The translations under genes were made by a program, and so were the position numbers. A stretch of DNA of 63,577 nt, counting the filler, from Ministeria vibrans ATCC 50519 (taxonomy: Eukaryota > Protista > Filasterea): NCBI GenBank assembly GCA_943704425.1. It is 7 parts of 7 records of this genome, joined end to end, with 100 filler letters (N's around TTAATTAATTAA, not from the genome) between each part and the next. Parts side by side here need not be neighbours in the genome. Positions count along the whole stretch, not along the records: positions 59,974 to 63,577 come from CALSCP010002564.1; 6 more parts are not named here. One strand, given 5' to 3'. Below the pieces are notes generated by a model that ran no database searches, was not told the origin of the DNA, and saw only the letters and a program-made list of their open reading frames with translations. The stretch's first letter is position 1. Each line of letters starts with the position of its first letter. Of the stretch, positions 60,702-63,577 are shown piece by piece.

Positions 60702-63465
60702 TTATTGGAGAAGTCTGGGGGTAGTCTCGTAGGAGCAGTCGGGACAGCGCACAAGGGCGGAGGTGGAGCAGACGGTGCAGCGCAGCAGCGGGTTCTTTGC
60801 GCTCTTCTTGGTGCCGTGACAGGTGGGACAAGGGACAAAGTAGAGACCGCCACAGGTGGAGCAGTCAAGTTCGGTGCGCAGTGGGAAGGAGGCAAGAAGT
60901 TCCTTGAGGCGGCCGCTCTCGACCAGCTCGGAGACTTCCTTGGCGCCTCCTATGCGCTGTCCACTAATGAAGAGCTGCGGAACAGTGATGGTGTCGTCGG
61001 TAACACGCTTGAGCATGGCATAGTATTCGGGATAGACAGTGTCGCGCAACTCAAAGCGCACGCGCATTGACACAAGGATGTCCAGGACGGTCTTGCAGTT
61101 GGCAATGGTCTCGCGCACCGCACGCACAGACGTCGTGTATAGCAACACCTTCCCTTGGTCCTCCTGCATCATCGAGACCACATCGCGCTTGCGCAGCGTC
61201 TTGCTTGTAAACGCCCGCTGTGCCGATTTGACCCGGTGACTCAGCCCACGCACTTCACCGTCCTTCTCAATCGATTCCATTTTGGGCCCAATAATGTCCC
61301 TATACCACAATAGCATGAATGTGTTGAGTAATGCATTGATTGCATGCATATATATGTACCTAAACCCCACATAGGCCTCCGTGATGTCTGCCTTGTTCGG
61401 TTCGGTCGTCTCGCCCGCATTGACCACTGTCGGCATCTCACAAAACGACACGGCCTTCACTTTGTCCTCTTTGGGTAGAGCCGCAACACTTCGCGCGAGC
61501 TCTTCACTCCCAAAATCCTATGATAACACAATACTTAGAGGTCAGAAGAAACAAGAGAGAAGGGGGAGAAAGAAACAAGCTGATAAAGAGAGAGAGAGGA
61601 GAAGAAAGAAACAAAGTGATAGAGAGAAGAGGAAACATACACACTTGTACCTGTTTGGGTTTCCATGGCATGTGAAGGGCCTTGAGGACCAAAAGAGCCC
61701 AGTCGACACCTGCAAAGAAGGGATGCTCCTTCACCGCACTGAGACCGCGCTTGTCAACGCGCAACGCACTGTTCGAACCCAGTCGCCCGCGAGGATCCTT
61801 CGTCAGCAACTGTGCAAGAGAGAGAGAGAGAGAGGAGAAAGAAACAAAGTGATAGAGAGAGAAAAATGATAGAAAGACAGAAACAAAGAGAGAGAGAAAA
61901 AACAATGTGATAGAGAAAGAGGAGGGAGAAGGAAACAAAGTGAGAGAGAGGTGTCAGCGACCTCCACTGTAAGAGAAGTCTTTTTTGCTTCGCATACCTG
62001 TTTCACAATGTCTTGTGCATCACTGGGCATGTTTGGTGGAAGGGAGATGGTTCCAAAAAGAATATGGTGGGTGGTATTATTTGCATTGTCATAGTGGATG
62101 GGAGGAACGCCCGTTAGAAGTTCATAGATCATCACTCCTAAAACAGCAATAAAATGATATTATTAACATGAACATGATAAAAATAATAATTGAGTGGGTT
62201 TGTGAAACACGTAGATAGACGTGTAAAAGTGTGATAGTTGTGTCGTTACCGAGTGTCCACCAATCGGCAGTAAGAACGGGGGCAGTGGATTTGAGTTGTT
62301 CTGGCGAGGCATACTGAAACAAAGATAATAATGAGATGGTGTCGCGTAAATGCCGTCTTGCAATACTTCTGCAGTGTAAGCGATGAGACGTTCACCAGTA
62401 GTGAACACTGTGTAGTCCACAATGACCAGGTTCCCGTCCATATCAAGCCAAAGAGCAGATGGGATCAGCGTTCTAGGTCATGAAAGAAAGGTGGGAGTTG
62501 ATAGGAGTGAGAGTTGACATTGAGGAGGAGTAAGGTCAGCAGCGTCGTACTTGGGACAGAGACCGTGCTTGTGTGCTTCCGCAATGGCCGTTGCCAGTTG
62601 CGCAGTGTAAAAACGTACATCTTCAATCGGCATGCGTCCATCATCACAATCCTACAAAAGAAAAGACAGAATCACTGACTCAAATGAACCAATTCAGTAT
62701 CATCACTCCGCTGTACGTACCGTCAGGCGCACAAAGAGTGTTCCACCATGAAGATAATCTGTTAAAAGACACAAATACGACTAGACAAGAAAGGAGCACA
62801 ACTCAGTCAGACAAACAAACGAACAAGAAAAAAAAAAAAAAACAGTACGTCATTTTCAAAGAGAAACTTCAAACGAGCGGTCCAGTCAAGAAGAGGGCGG
62901 GCAGGCCATGCGGGGTCGGCAGCGGCTGCATCACTGCGCGCCATGACCTTCATCATGTACAGCCGGTCTGTGTCCATCTTGCGCACTTTGAGACACTACT
63001 CAGCAGAGGGAGGAGAGGCGGGAAGTTAGTGGGCAAGAGAAACATGTTTGCGTAGGTGGTGGCACTACTCGTTACAATATTGAATGGCTATTATACCACA
63101 CACACACACTCTCTCTCTCTATCACTTTGTTTCTTCTCCCTCCTTTCTCTCTCTCTTGAGATACTACTCAGTATATCACAATGGTTATCAATTAATTGAT
63201 TGAGACACCACTCATAACACAAGGGCTACGATCATCTTATAGCTTTCTGGTACGCCTTTTACACTACATTCTCGTCGTGATGTGTGCCTTCACTTACCTT
63301 TCCAAAAACATCTTCGGAGAGCACTCCAATGACGTCAAAGAGCGACAGAGTAACCTTTTCCGCAATAGCATGAAATGCAAATGCAATTGTCACTCGCCCC
63401 ACTTCCACTCGTCGTTTGCGCTCGTCTATCGCAAACATTTTGATCTCATTGCAAAACTTCCACTG
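60702..63465 (-). CDS. AGC-family pseudokinase fused to a glutaredoxin-like + Cys-rich zinc finger (GRXCR-like) domain; 5' end off window
   Basis: Exons: FDVIGVLSEDVFGK, KVRKMDTDRLYMMKVM, VRFYTAQL, YASPE, DWWTLGVMIYELLTGVPP, LLTKDPRGRLG, KEHPFFAGVDW..PWKP. Spliced in frame to KVLLYTTS..VRETIANC, VPQLFISGQRIGG and four CxxC motifs. Confidence 0.85.
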
Positions 63466-63467
63466 TA

Positions 63468-63577
<110 letters not shown>

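Overview
Intron-rich, gene-dense eukaryotic DNA from what looks like a flagellated protist. The ciliary genes IFT38/CLUAP1 and B9D1 are present, together with FHIP2-, MFSD8- and PRC1-like genes and RIT1, which animals lack; a unicellular amorphean/holozoan is inferred, not proven. The window is a concatenation of seven contigs joined by artificial 100-bp N44-TTAATTAATTAA-N44 spacers, so synteny across those points is unreliable. Housekeeping genes: condensin CAP-D2, IFT38, PRC1/Ase1, tRNA dimethylallyltransferase, FHIP, xylulokinase, MFSD8, B9D1, Nuf2, RIT1. The notable content is an innate-immunity/cell-death-like toolkit. (1) An Apaf-1-like NB-ARC-WD40 STAND protein carries an intact caspase-like (peptidase C14) protease where the CARD would be, an N-terminal hydrophobic anchor, and MHA in place of the MHD motif; a second paralogous caspase-like N-terminus occurs on another contig. 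(2) A WD40-ankyrin-kinase gene has near-identical 126-bp WD repeats that vary almost only at HET-E-type hypervariable codons. (3) A roughly 50-LRR receptor TKL kinase. Also found: an AGC pseudokinase fused to a GRXCR-like domain, a membrane-anchored YqcI/YcgG-like protein, an atypical small GTPase that needs a GT-TG intron, and a composite inverted-repeat mobile-element family with a covarying hairpin. All gene models were spliced by hand and no database search was run.
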